Shown in pieces: positions 51,501 through 62,965 of a stretch of DNA of 64,000 nucleotides. Position numbers and translations under genes: made by a program. Below the pieces are notes generated by a model. It had not been told where the DNA came from, did no database searches, and worked only from the letters and a program-made list of their open reading frames with translations. Origin of the DNA: Octopus vulgaris (lineage: Eukaryota); contig OX597823.1 in assembly GCA_951406725.2 (NCBI GenBank), positions 32,922,001-32,986,000 on the forward strand. Reading direction: 5' to 3'. Positions within the stretch are counted from its first letter, which is position 1, and every line of letters begins with the position of its first letter.

Positions 51501-52860
51501 GTGTGTGTGTATATATAGATAGATATATGTATGTGTGTGTTGGAGGAGGGAGAGAAACAAAGATATATTCATAGAGTTTTTAGAAGGCGGGAAATTTTAT
51601 TTCTTTCACCGGTTGCTTTCATCTGAACGACGTGGCTACTTCATAAACAACAAATGTTGATGACTGAAATTTATCTTTATTATCATCCGTTAGATATATT
51701 TACTCTACGAACAGCACATTCAACCTAACGTACGTTGATAACCCTTCGATTGAAGTACATAGCTTGTCTGTAATGCAGACCACATGCATCTGAATCCTTG
51801 GTGACATAGGAAAATAGATCTCAAAACATGAGTTTATATATGTATATATAGTTTTTATTATTATTATTAATCGGTAGAAATCTGTGACTCACAAGTTGAG
51901 AATTTCTTTTCGTAAGTGTCAATGCACTAAACTTTCAGCCCTTCAGTCTAACTTCTATCGATTAATAATAATAATTATATATATAGGTGTCGAACATAAA
52001 CAACGACCTCCCTGTACAAAACAGGAGACCGCATAGAGATGACACGCTGCACTCCCGGAGTGTTTACAAACATTCTTAAGCATGGTGTTGTCTTAGTGTT
52101 AATAAAAATATCGAAAAACATTAATCAAGACATTTTAATTAGCTTAAATAATCTCAGGTTCGTTTGCTCATAAAGTATTGTGTTTACTATATACGTCTGA
52201 ATCTCCGATTGTCTGGCAAAATTCTAAGATGTATTATATCGTGTCTATAAAATTACATCTTAACACGGGAATTAACTCAGTATGATTTATTTGCAAATTG
52301 ATGAAAGTAGCATGTTTCTTTATTAGTATCTTTCGATTTATATAAAGGAGGTTGTTGATATACATGTTCGACAAATTGGCCCACCCCATCATACACACAT
52401 ACGTGTGTATTATATCTGTATGGTGCAACAACGGGACACATCCATTTTCTGTTGAATATGTTAACTATACACGAAAATATATCATATATATATATATATA
52501 TATATATATAATGAAATTATTGTATACAGTGCTCGTATCTATATGGCTAAATTTCTTTATGAGTACCGTAAGATCGCCTATTTATGGCGGACTGGGTCTA
52601 AAAATATTGGTTGCCAGGACACTAAGGGGGGCCCACCCGCAACTACAATGCTATCATTTATTATTATTAATTTTTTTTTTGTCAAAAGTATTCTTTTCAA
52701 CTGTCTACAGACACAGCCAGGCTAAAATAATGCATTCTTCCAGGAGTGAATAAAAAAATTCTCAGACTCAAGAGGATGGGACCCCATATATGGATTCTAG
52801 TGGTACAGGGGCCCACTTGCCATGGGCAAGCTGGCAACCAGTCCGGTCTGCCACTGTGTG

Positions 52861-52899
<39 letters not shown>

Positions 52900-54311
52900 T
52901 TCATTGCATGCTAAACCAGTTGGTGGTGTTGCTTATCACCACTAACAGAGCCCCTTGATCTCTGTTATTTACTTTTCAAGCTGTTTGGATTATTCTCAAC
53001 TGAGAACCCTCCTCCTTTATCACATCATTTTGTACAATTTAATGTTGTTTAACTGCAGGTCATCCCTGATCAATGAATGTTTTAGCTCTGACCATCCTGC
53101 CTTTTCTGATAGTGTAGCTGGAACTACATTATCCAATGCTATATGTGTTTTAAAAACTGAAACTGCATGGAGTTAAATACCATGATCCTCTAGTAAACTA
53201 ACTTCAATCTTCCCAACTCCCCAGTCTACCTTCAGCCATCATTGTCGAAGTCTGCAAATATTATTTAGCCCCAGGTCATCCCTGATCCAACAGACTTACG
53301 ATGTGGCTTTGACCATCCTACCATTTATCCAGACATTGTATACCTATAACTGTATAATGCGTCATCATTTTTATGTCTGTTTCTCCTTGCCCAGATTGAA
53401 TGGGTCTTTATCAACTGTGGTCTTACCACATGTACTATCATCCTCCATATCTATCTGCTATATTTATATATAAACCTATTGTTTTATGAATATTATTATT
53501 CACAACAAATATTAGGTATTGAACCAGTAATTCATTGGATGACAGCATCCCTTAATGAGGTTAATTTAACCTCTAATTGAATATATATATCAAAGGGAAA
53601 TAATGAGTTAAAATCACACTAGCGTCAACTTAAGCCTTTCATCGTAAAAATTAGGCATAAGTCAAGTACTAGGGTCAGTAGCATTGATTTACTCTTCACC
53701 TCAAAATTGTTGACCTGCCCACATTAGAAACCATTGCTATTATTGTACATGTGTGTGACAGACATAAGGACACAGTAATAATAATGGTTTATAAACCCTT
53801 TCTTGTTCTGATGGAATATAGCCTGACCTATGTAGACAGCCTGTATGTTGGTAATTTATATTCAGTAACTTATAATAAAATATTTTTCTTGTCACTATGG
53901 TAATTGTTCTCTACATAAAAATGTCATGATAACAGCTGCAATAATGGTGATTTTTGGGTATATAATGGTTTAATTGTTAGTTAGTTATGCATGCCTATGT
54001 TCACCAACATACAGTGTGTTTGTATCACATCATTGCATTGTATTCTAATGTTTGTTTATTACATTTTACTGTTGCTGATTATTATGATTTATCATAAGAC
54101 ATGAGCTGACAAAATTGTTAGCACAACAGATAAAGTGCTTAGAGGCATTTCTTCAGGCTCTTTGTATTCTGAGTTCAAATCTGACCCAAATCAATTTTGC
54201 CTTTTATTCTTTCAATGTTGGTACAATTAAATACAAGTCAAGTGGCTGACTTGACCCTTTCCCCACCAGAATTGCTGGTATTATGCCTAAACTGTCATTC
54301 ATTATGATTTG

Positions 54312-54660
54312 CAAACCTGGGCACCAAACTATTAATCTGTTAATCGTTAATTAACAAAGTTAATTTCGGAAATCATTATCGGACTAATTAACTTCCGTTA
54401 ACTCAAGTCAACTTAAGTTCACTTCAGTTCAATTGAAGTTAACAGATTTTATAGTTTTGACGCTTTTTAAAAGTGTTTTCAGGTGGTTTTAGAGCAAAAA
54501 CTGTCTTTTTTTTTTTCTTTTATAAGAAAAATTAATGTTAGCAGTTTATTGATAACTTCTGTTACATTAGAAAATAATTAACTGATTAACAGTTGTTGAA
54601 GTTAACTTTTTGGTAAATGGTTAACGAAATTAACTTTTCGATTAATAGTGCCCACCTTTG
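54312..54660. mobile_element. hAT-like MITE
   Basis: Imperfect TIRs caaacctgggcac / gtgcccacctttg; perfect 8-bp TSD atgatttg at 54304-54311 and 54661-54668; internal gttaa/ttaac motifs. Confidence 0.8.
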
Positions 54661-54738
54661 ATGATTTGTTACTGTATAATGCTGAGTTTTGTTATGTTTT
54701 CTACTTCAATATTTTAGTGACACTTCAAGTGAGACAGC

Positions 54739-54846
54739 ATGAAGCATTTTCTGCTTCTCTATGTGACCATAGTATGCCTACTTTCGCCTGTGTTTGCAAC
54801 ATTATCACAGAGTGACAAGAAGAAGAAGAAGCCAAAAGAAGTAAAA
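54739..54846 (+). CDS. CHID1: CHID1 coding exon 1 (signal peptide)
   Basis: MKHFLLLYVTIVCLLSPVFATLSQSDKKK resembles the CHID1 N-terminus (SPVHTTLSKSDAKK); acceptor ttttag at 54717; phase-0 donor at 54847 (gtaaga) or 54841 (gtaaaa). Confidence 0.85.
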
Positions 54847-55239
54847 GTAAGATTATCTTTGCAAAGTTTGAATTGTGAGGGAGTAAAATTGTTACATTAC
54901 TTCTTAAAAACTGGTACTAAGGGACCAGTTATATGGTTCGAAAGTAAAACCTTTTGAAAACTGGGGATGGAAAGTGTTTGTAATAATGTCTGAAAGATGT
55001 TGACTTGTCTCAGAAATTTTACTAAGGCCATATATCAATAACTCATATATGTTGTATATGCAGAAGAACTTTGCATGTGGCAAATGTGTAGGTACAATAA
55101 GCATTAAAAATATGCAGACAATAGAGTTCTTCAAATGGGTGGGTAGGTGGAGGGTCATTAGAAGTAAATAGCTTCTTTTACCTTGGAGACCAAGTCAGCA
55201 GTGGTGGGGGGAGTTCTGATAGTGTAGTTTATGGAATGA

Positions 55240-55925
55240 AAATGGGCTGAGCAAAGTCAAGAGAGCTTCTACCTTTGTTGGTAACTAAGGGCCTCTCCTT
55301 CAGAATGAAAGGCAGATTGTATGATGCATGTGTACATACAACTATGCTGCATGGTAGTGAAACATAGGCTTTAACTACCGAGAACTTGCAGAGGCTTGAA
55401 AGAAATGAAGCTAGCATGTTCTGCTGGATGGGTAATGGTAGTGTGCATGACAGAGTGTAAATGATTTAAGAGGATAGCTGGCTGTAAGAGGCATCAGATG
55501 TTGTGCGCAAGAGAGAAGACTGCATTGGTTTGGTCATGTGATGCATATGGATGAGGACAGCTGCATAAAGAAGTGCTGAGCTCTAATTGTGGAGGGTACT
55601 AGTGGAAGAAGTTGACTCAGGAAGACATGGGACAAAGTGGTGAGAAAGGATCCTCGGAGGCTGGGCCTCTCTGAGGAATGATAAGGAACTAGGAGTTGTG
55701 GTTTGCTGTACTTGAGATGATGCATCAAGCCAAGTAAAATGCACTCATGCTGGTGCTGCATAGATGCACCTGTGCCAGTGGCACATGAAAAGCACCCAAC
55801 ACACTCTGTTATGTAGTTTGAAGAGCATTCAGCCATAGAAACCATGCCACAACAGACAATTGAAATCTGGTCAGCTCTTGTCAAACCACATGCCAGGAAA
55901 ATAGATGTTGAACAACGATGATGAT
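55240..55925 (+). mobile_element. RTE LINE 3' fragment with (GAT)n tail
   Basis: RELLPLLVTKGLSFRMKGRLYDACV; homologous to 9400-9870 (-). Confidence 0.82.
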
Positions 55926-55934
55926 GTATCATCA

Positions 55935-56334
55935 GGTGCAGGAGTGGCTGTGGTAAGTAGCTTGCTAACCAACCACATGGTTCTGGGTTCAGTCCCACTG
56001 CATGGTATCTTGGGCAAGTGTCTTCTGCTATAGCCCCGGGCTGACCAATGCCTTGTGAGTGGATTTGGTAGACGGAAACTGAAAGAAGCCTGTCGTATAT
56101 ATGTATGTATATATATGTGTGTGTGTGTTTGTGTGTCTGTGTTTGTCCCCCTAGCATTGCTTGACAACCGATGCTGGTGTGTTTATGTCCCCGTCACTTA
56201 GCGGTTCAGCAAAAGAGGCCGATAGAATAAGTACTGGGCTTACAAAGAATAAGTCCCAGGGTCGATTTGCTTGACTAAAGGCGGTGCTCCAGCATGGCCG
56301 CAGTCAAATGACTGAAACAAGTGAAAAAAAAAAA
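55935..56334 (+). mobile_element. SINE family A, full length (tRNA-like head, CORE-like cttgggcaagt motif, A-tail)
   Basis: A-box-like tggctgtggtaag, B-box-like gggttcagtccc, internal (TA/TG)n, 3' poly(A). Confidence 0.88.
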
Positions 56335-56585
56335 GAATATATATACACAACAAGCTTCTTTCAGTTTCTATATACCAAATCCCACTAACAAGTGTCTGGT
56401 CAGCCCGGGGTTGTAGTAGAAGACACATGCCATACAGTGGGTCTGTATCTGGAATGTTGTAGTTGCAAAGCTAACTTCTTAACCACTCAGCCGTGACTGC
56501 ACCTAAGTGTGTGGGCTGTTGGGTTTACTGATGGTGTGAGTGTTTATTTTAAAATCTTTACCTTTTGGTAAATAGAGGTGATTAA

Positions 56586-56805
56586 CCCTTTCATTACAGT
56601 ATTTTTTTTTGAGATGCTCTGTTTCTTTCAATTATTTTAAATATAACAAAGAATTTAGTAAAATAACTTAGTTATCATTCAGCTAGTGTTAGGAAAATAA
56701 ATTGTGACTGAGGTTTGGTGGAAGATTTTAATTCAAAACTGATGAAAACAAGACATTTGTAATACAGAGCCAGAGCCTGTTTGAGCTGGGTTGGTAACGA
56801 AAGGG
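56586..56805. mobile_element. piggyBac-like MITE
   Basis: TTAA on both sides, TIRs ccctttcattac / gtaacgaaaggg. Confidence 0.82.
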
Positions 56806-57696
56806 TTAAAGCAAAATCCAGGCTGGAATAGTTACTGGTATCAACGTGAGCAGCAAAAACTCTTAAAGACAGGGTCTTAGCATGGCTACAGTCCAATGCA
56901 TAAACCCAGTAAAGGAATATTTGATTTCATTTTGAAAATTGTTTTTAGTTAAAAACTTCAGTTGGAGAACATCTGATAAAAAAATGCATTTTTTCAGTTT
57001 GTAGCTCCACAAATCTGAGTTCTCTTTGATTTAGAGAAATAGAAACTTTTCAAATCACTCCCTGTACACAATATGATGTGACTAATGTTAATTGTATTTT
57101 ACATCTTACAGCATATGGCTTCATTTGGATTAAAAGCCAATAAAATTGAGTATATCTTCATACTGAAAATGGATTATACTGCAATTTTCTCACAGGAGTT
57201 CAAATCTTACCATTAGTAAAAACCTTAAAAAGTATTGGTCAGTGTTACTATCTAGAGAATGAAAAGTCTGTAATCCAACCATTGTCATAAAAGCTGGGAT
57301 AATCTCCAGCTCATTTTGTCAAAAACCATACAATATATCTGGGGAGCAAGTGATACACATTGGAACCTTCTGTTTAAATGTAGTTCAATTCTCCATCATA
57401 TAAACAGTACCCCAGACCACCAGCTTTAGATATACCCCACCCACACCTTAGTTGTGTTCTGTTTGAATCACTAGAAATGAATGAAAGTACCCTCATCACC
57501 ATCACAGTCTGGGTTATCCCTTGTTGGCTAAAGTTTTGAATTCAGTACATTTCTGTTAAAATATCGTTGTTCATGTAACAGTGACTTTTATGTACACCAA
57601 TGTTAGATGTTTTATTTTACTGACTCTTTGCCTCACTCTCTCAAACAACCCATATCCATTTTGCTGTATAATCTCACCTGTGTGTCCATCTTTCAG

Positions 57697-57846
57697 CCTA
57701 AACTCTCTGATAAAACAGTCATACAACGAGGTCTTGTCACTGAACAGGTGAAAGCGAAAGACATAATCAAAGAACATGGTATTTATTGCGACACAAGACG
57801 TGAAGTGAAGAATTTCCGTGGAGAAACTTTGGCCTACGTTACACCA
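57697..57846 (+). CDS. CHID1: CHID1 coding exon 2
   Basis: tttcag|cct...cca|gttagt; PKLSDKTVIQRGLVTEQVKAKDIIKEHGIYC...FRGETLAYVTP aligns to CHID1 (FSDKPVQDRGLV...FAGDVLGYVTP); 150 nt, phase 0/0. Confidence 0.93.
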
Positions 57847-58199
57847 GTTAGTCATTTTAATTACTTTCCATGGTTGTTTGCACTTGAATAATTGTTTCAT
57901 TGTTTAAATTTTTCTTGACCAGTCTTTTGTGCATTTCAGTTAATTTGGAAAATAATTGAAAATTTCTGAGAGATTTCATTCTTTAACATATAATAAGATA
58001 TTATCTGAAAAATACTATTAGAAAATACAAATGTATATTGGTAAATTATGATATTAAGATGGTGTTTGGATCCTAACTTAAAAGACAAATATATTTATAC
58101 GAGGTATTTGGGCTAAATTTGACAGTTTGCATAAAAAGGAAAGAAAACACAATATCCAAAAATAAAACAATTTGAGAAAATCAAAAAATATCAACAAAA

Positions 58200-58800
58200 T
58201 TATGGCTGGGAACTAACAGTCTATCCAATGTAGCCACATTCAGCTTCCACCCTGGCTTCAAGACAACTTCAGAACTTGGTGCATGCATTCCTTATTGTGT
58301 GTCCCTGGTAAGATCTTTGAACACCTCCTTGCTCTTGGCCACTAACCCAACCTTAGTGTTGCAGAGTAGTTAGTGTCTTTCACAACTGCACCCCACACAT
58401 GGTAATCCAGGGGATTATAATCAGGGAAATTAGGGGGCCAGTGAAGTCAGAAATTCTCCAACAACCACTTCTGACACTTTCAAGAGGTATAGCAAAGAGT
58501 CAAATCCTACTGCTATACATGGCCTTCCAGCAGTAACCCTCTCCAACCAGAGTTTGACCAGTCTCCAGCAGCTTGTCATGGACATTTGAATTGAGCCTAA
58601 AGCCTCTTTCAACAATGCAATGAATTCTGGCAGATGCAATCAGAATGGCTTCACAATGTTGTTGCATGTCATGTCTTACAGCCTGTACAGTGTTCACAGA
58701 GCATTGAGCAGCAGTCGTGATGTTGGCATTTTAATGGTCAGTGTGAATTATCATGATACAAATAACTCTTTTTCAATATATTCAGATGGATTTGTCCTCC
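58200..58800 (-). mobile_element. maT/DD37D-like transposase fragment
   Basis: Minus-strand WLERVTAGRP and PDYNPLDYHVWGAV; decayed. Confidence 0.65.
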
Positions 58801-59375
58801 ATGTCAACTAACTTTTTCCTCAACTTCAAAATCTCCAACACTGTTGATTCTTCACCAATACATGAAGCTGTTCTTGAAAACAAGGAGACATAAAAAAATT
58901 ATCCAATTTAGGCCAAACACCCTGTATATATCATTGCTATTATGCAAAAGTATTGTAAGTCCAAAACATTGCTTTTTCAGAAAATAAAAAAATAGTTTCA
59001 CCATTCCATAGCAAAACTGTTGTACTACACTTTGACAATTTTGATATCTTGGCATCTGAAGCAGCTGGGGATACGATAGTTTGACGAAAAGAACCAGCTA
59101 TTGCAAGCAAAATAAATATTGAAAAAAAACACATTTGGCCAAATTTGGACATACGACAGTTTAACATAACAGCAATGATATATTGATAAACTGAGATGGG
59201 GAATAACAGAAGTCAGGTGTATGTTGGCAATATGAAATTTGTGTTTAGAATATAATTTAATGAAAGTCAAATTATAGGTAATTTAAGATGGGATTTGGAA
59301 AGTAGCTTCAAATATTGCAATAGGACATTAAAGTTGGACATTTTTGTCTCCTAGGGTTAAACAGTTTTTTCCTTT

Positions 59376-59936
59376 CAGTTCTATAATTAAGAGATGAGGA
59401 ATTATGCACATTATTTACATTTGATGAATATTTGTCCTCATCTTGTTTGTTGTTAACACAACATTTCAGCTGATATACCCTCCAGCCTTCATCAGGTGTC
59501 TTGGGGAAATTTTGAACCTCGGTTCTCATTCCTAAGGTATTTTTTGATGTAGTTGTTATTATTATTACTACTATTACTACTACTACTACTACTTACTACT
59601 ATTATTATTATAATTATCATCATCATCATCATCATTATTATTCAGGTCATTGCCTGGAATCGAACTCGGAATCTTGGGGTTAATAGCCCACGCTCTTAAC
59701 CACGGGCATATGGCGTAGTGGTTAAGAGCACAGACTACTAACCCCAAGATTCCAAGTTTGATTCCCAGCAATGACCTGAATAATAATAACAACAACATTG
59801 AAAAATACCTTAGGAATGAGAACCCAGGTTCCAAATTTCTTCAAGACACCTGATGAAGGCTGGAGGGTACATCCACTGAAATGTTGTGTTAACAAGAAAC
59901 AAGATGAGGACAAATATCCGTCAAATGTAAATAATG
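59376..59936. mobile_element. Head-to-head pair of a short element with tRNA-like head and hammerhead-like tail
   Basis: Minus copy 59376-59703 and plus copy 59704-59936; head tggcgtagtggttaag...g(a)gtt(c)gattcc; tail gacac-CTGATGA-aggctgg...tcagct-GAAA-tgtt-gtgtt. Confidence 0.8.
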
Positions 59937-59991
59937 AAGTTTTTTCCTTTAATAAAATTAAATGAATTAATGATGTTATCATTGATTGCAG

Positions 59992-60124
59992 TGGAATTCA
60001 CATGGTTATGACTTAGCAAGACAATTTGGCAACAAGTTTACTTACGTATCTCCAGTCTGGTTACAAGTGAAGAGAAGACCAAGTGGTGCTTACGTTGTAC
60101 AAGGAGAACATGACATTGATAGAA
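59992..60124 (+). CDS. CHID1: CHID1 coding exon 3
   Basis: tgcag|tgg...a|gtaatt; [29 protein letters not shown]...HDID is the conserved CHID1 segment; phase 0/1. Confidence 0.95.
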
Positions 60125-60290
60125 GTAATTATATTTCTGACATTGTCCTTGTTATTGTTGTCACTATTGGAACCGTGTTGATTTGTTTCTGGTCACAACT
60201 ATAATCAACATTAATAGAAATAATTATCATATTTGTGTGTGCGTTAAATGATTTATGTCTTTTACTTTCTCTCCCTTACTATATATATAT

Positions 60291-60985
60291 GGGAGGCTTC
60301 ATCAGGCCCAGTCAACACTGCCAAATCTGACTGGGCCTGATGAAGCCTCCCGGCTTCACAGACCCCAGTTAAACCGTCCAACCCATGCTAGCATGGAAAA
60401 CGGACGCTAAATGATGATATATATATAAAATCTCATCATCATCATTTAATGTTTGTTGTCCATGCTGGCATGGGTTGGACAGTTTAACCAGGGCTAGTAA
60501 GATGAGGAGCTGCACCAGACTCCAGTTTGATTTGGCATGGTTTATTGGCCCTTCCTAACATCAACCTAGCCTGGTGCAGCCACTGGCTCTCCAGGCTTCA
60601 GTCAAACCGTCCAACTCATGCCAGCATGGAAAACGGACGTTAATTGATGATGATGATGATGTCTACATATCAGCTAGAAGGGCATCCATCTGTAGTAAAC
60701 CATGGCAATTGAGCCTGGAACCTGGTGCAGCTCTCTGACTCGTCAGCTCCAGTCAAACTGTCTAACCCATGCCAGCATGGAGAGCAGACATTAAATGATG
60801 ATGACAGGGATGTGCTATGGAAGATGTCCACCCCCAATACTCTTTGTGAAGTGGTTGCTGTTTGGAAGGGCATCCATTTATAGAAACAATAGCAAATCAG
60901 ACTGGAACTTGGTGCAGCTCTGATCAAACCGTCCAACCCATGTCAGCATGGAAAATGGACGTTAAATGATGATGATGATGATGCT
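60291..60985. mobile_element. Cluster of RTE-tail repeats in mixed orientations
   Basis: Several ...aaaccgtccaacccatgccagcatggaaaacggacgttaaatgatgat copies on + and one on - (~60434-60562). Confidence 0.85.
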
Positions 60986-61350
60986 TATACATATATAGTG
61001 TGTATACAGGTGTGTGAGTGGTGGTGTTGTTTGTATTCAGCAGAGGGTGCTGTGTAACCAGAACATTTGTAGCATCTCCCAGGCTGGTGAGATTGATGCA
61101 TTTGGTGTTGTGTTTAAATATCAGCAACAAAACCAATGGTCTTCACTGAATGACCTCTACTAAAGGAACTCGCTGACCAAGCAAATACTATGAGGTGTAT
61201 ACAGGTGTATGTAATAAGATATAGGTTTAATCAATAGTATTCCCACCACGACCACCCTAGCTGTATTCATTGATCCACATAAATATTTCTCATATTTAAC
61301 ATAAATCTTAATTTAGAATTTTCTCTTATTGAATATATTTTCTTTTGCAG

Positions 61351-61392
61351 ATTGGATTGAAGAGGTCACAAAAGGTCGCAATACTAAAATCT
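61351..61392 (+). CDS. CHID1: CHID1 coding exon 4 (42 nt)
   Basis: ttttgcag|at tgg att gaa...atc t|gtgagt; (N)WIEEVTKGRNTKI; phase 1/1, consistent with neighbours. Confidence 0.88.
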
Positions 61393-61649
61393 GTGAGTTA
61401 TATTTACCCAAGAACTAATTAATGTTGTAAATGTTGTTATTAAGAATCCTTGATCAGATTCCATAGAGATGCTGAACTGATTCACCACCTCACATAGCCA
61501 GTAATCTTCATTTGTTTAATTTATACTACACTGTTTGCTCCGTAGTGTATACCACACACTGTACATTCAGTGCTAATACACTACATCCCATACTGTTTAC
61601 TGTGCACAAGTACACTAGATCCCACACTATACAGTGCCCCTATACTACA

Positions 61650-62095
61650 GTTGAGTGCTAAAAGCTCCATCCGAGCGGGATCACTGCCAGAGCAGCTGTC
61701 TGGCTTCCGTGCCGGTGGCACATAAAAAGCACCATTTGAACATGATCGTTACCAGCGTCGCCTTATTGGCACTTGTGCTGGTGGCACGTGAACAAAACAT
61801 TAGAGCGAGGTCGTTGCCAGTGCTGCTGGACGGACTCCTGTGCAGGTGGCATGTAAAAAAAAAACACCATTTCAAGCATGGCCATTGTCAGTACCGCCAG
61901 ACTAGCCCTTGTGCCGGTGGCACGTAAAAGCACCCACTACACTCTCAGAGTGGTTAGCATTAGGAAGGGCATCCAGCTGTATAAACTCTGCCAGATCAGA
62001 TTGGAGCCTGGCGCAGCCATCTGGTTCGCTAGTCCTCAGTCATATCGTCCAACCCATGCTAGCATGGAAAGCGGACGTTAAATGAAGATGATGAT
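61650..62095 (+). mobile_element. RTE 3'-tail repeat, long form
   Basis: Repeated gtgccggtggcacgtaaaagcacc units, ends ggacgttaaatgaagatgatgat. Confidence 0.85.
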
Positions 62096-62609
62096 CAGTG
62101 GTGACGAGAGGTCAAAGAACACTGATGGACCATGTAGGAAGGCACAACTACACGCAGTGAAAATTTGAAGAAGGATTTAAGTCAGTTCGCTATGTGTTAG
62201 TAGAACCACCAGTAAACAGTGTAAAGTGATACTACCTGCAGCATTCTGGAGAGAAAAATAATTGTGTGGAAGAAAGGATAATAATAATACGTCCATGTGA
62301 AGGATTTTAGTCAGGTTGCTATATGTCAGTAGTGTTACTGGTAAGCAATGTAGACTGGTACTACCTGCGGCATTCTGGAGAGAAAAATAATTGTGTGTGG
62401 AAGAAGAAATGAAGAAAAAAATAATGCGGTGTGAAAGAGAAAAAAATCTCAAAACAGAGATGTGGTGGGCACACCCAAGTCAGAAGTGGTCTGTTCCACT
62501 ACTGATAAATGGTGGACAGATACTGCAAGCAGTGTCAGTCGGTGAGGTGTCCCGCATGAGCAAGTCATGCAGACAACAAAGTTTCATCATCATAATGCAG
62601 GACATATCA

Positions 62610-62862
62610 TTCATCATAGTTCCCTATATAACAGGTTCCTTTATATTTATCACAGTTTCTGATATAACAAGTTTCTTTATATTTATCACAGTTCCCTATA
62701 TAACAAGTTCCATTATATCTACCACACTTCCCTATATATTCCTTTATGTCTACCACAGTTCCCTATATAACTAGATCCTTTATATTTATCACAGTTACTT
62801 AAATGTAACATCTTTTGTATAATGATTATATTAACTATTTCTTTTATATCTACCACAGTTCC
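62610..62862 (+). repeat. ~37-bp diverged tandem repeat running into the exon 5 acceptor
   Basis: ttatatttatcacagttccctatataacaagttcc-like unit, about 5-6 copies. Confidence 0.8.
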
Positions 62863-62965
62863 TCGAATGTTGTTTGATGGTTGGACTGGGGAAGATTATC
62901 TTCACTTATTCTCCAGTGAAGATGAAATTGAAGATTGTGTTGAAACTATTTTAAAGTTTATTAAG
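62859..62965 (+). CDS. CHID1: CHID1 coding exon 5; gene continues beyond the window
   Basis: ccacag|tt cct cga atg...aag|gtatgg; PRMLFDGWTGEDYLHLFSSEDEIEDCVETILKFIK aligns to CHID1 PRLLFEDW...SEDEIEEL; phase 1/0. Confidence 0.93.

Noticed and set aside
59704-59778. Functional tRNA gene
   Set aside because: Acceptor and T stems pair poorly, B box is mutated in the plus copy, and it is embedded in a repeated element.
60337-60351. CTGATGA as another hammerhead core
   Set aside because: No stem II followed by GAAA; it is a variant of the RTE-tail ctggtgcagcc motif.
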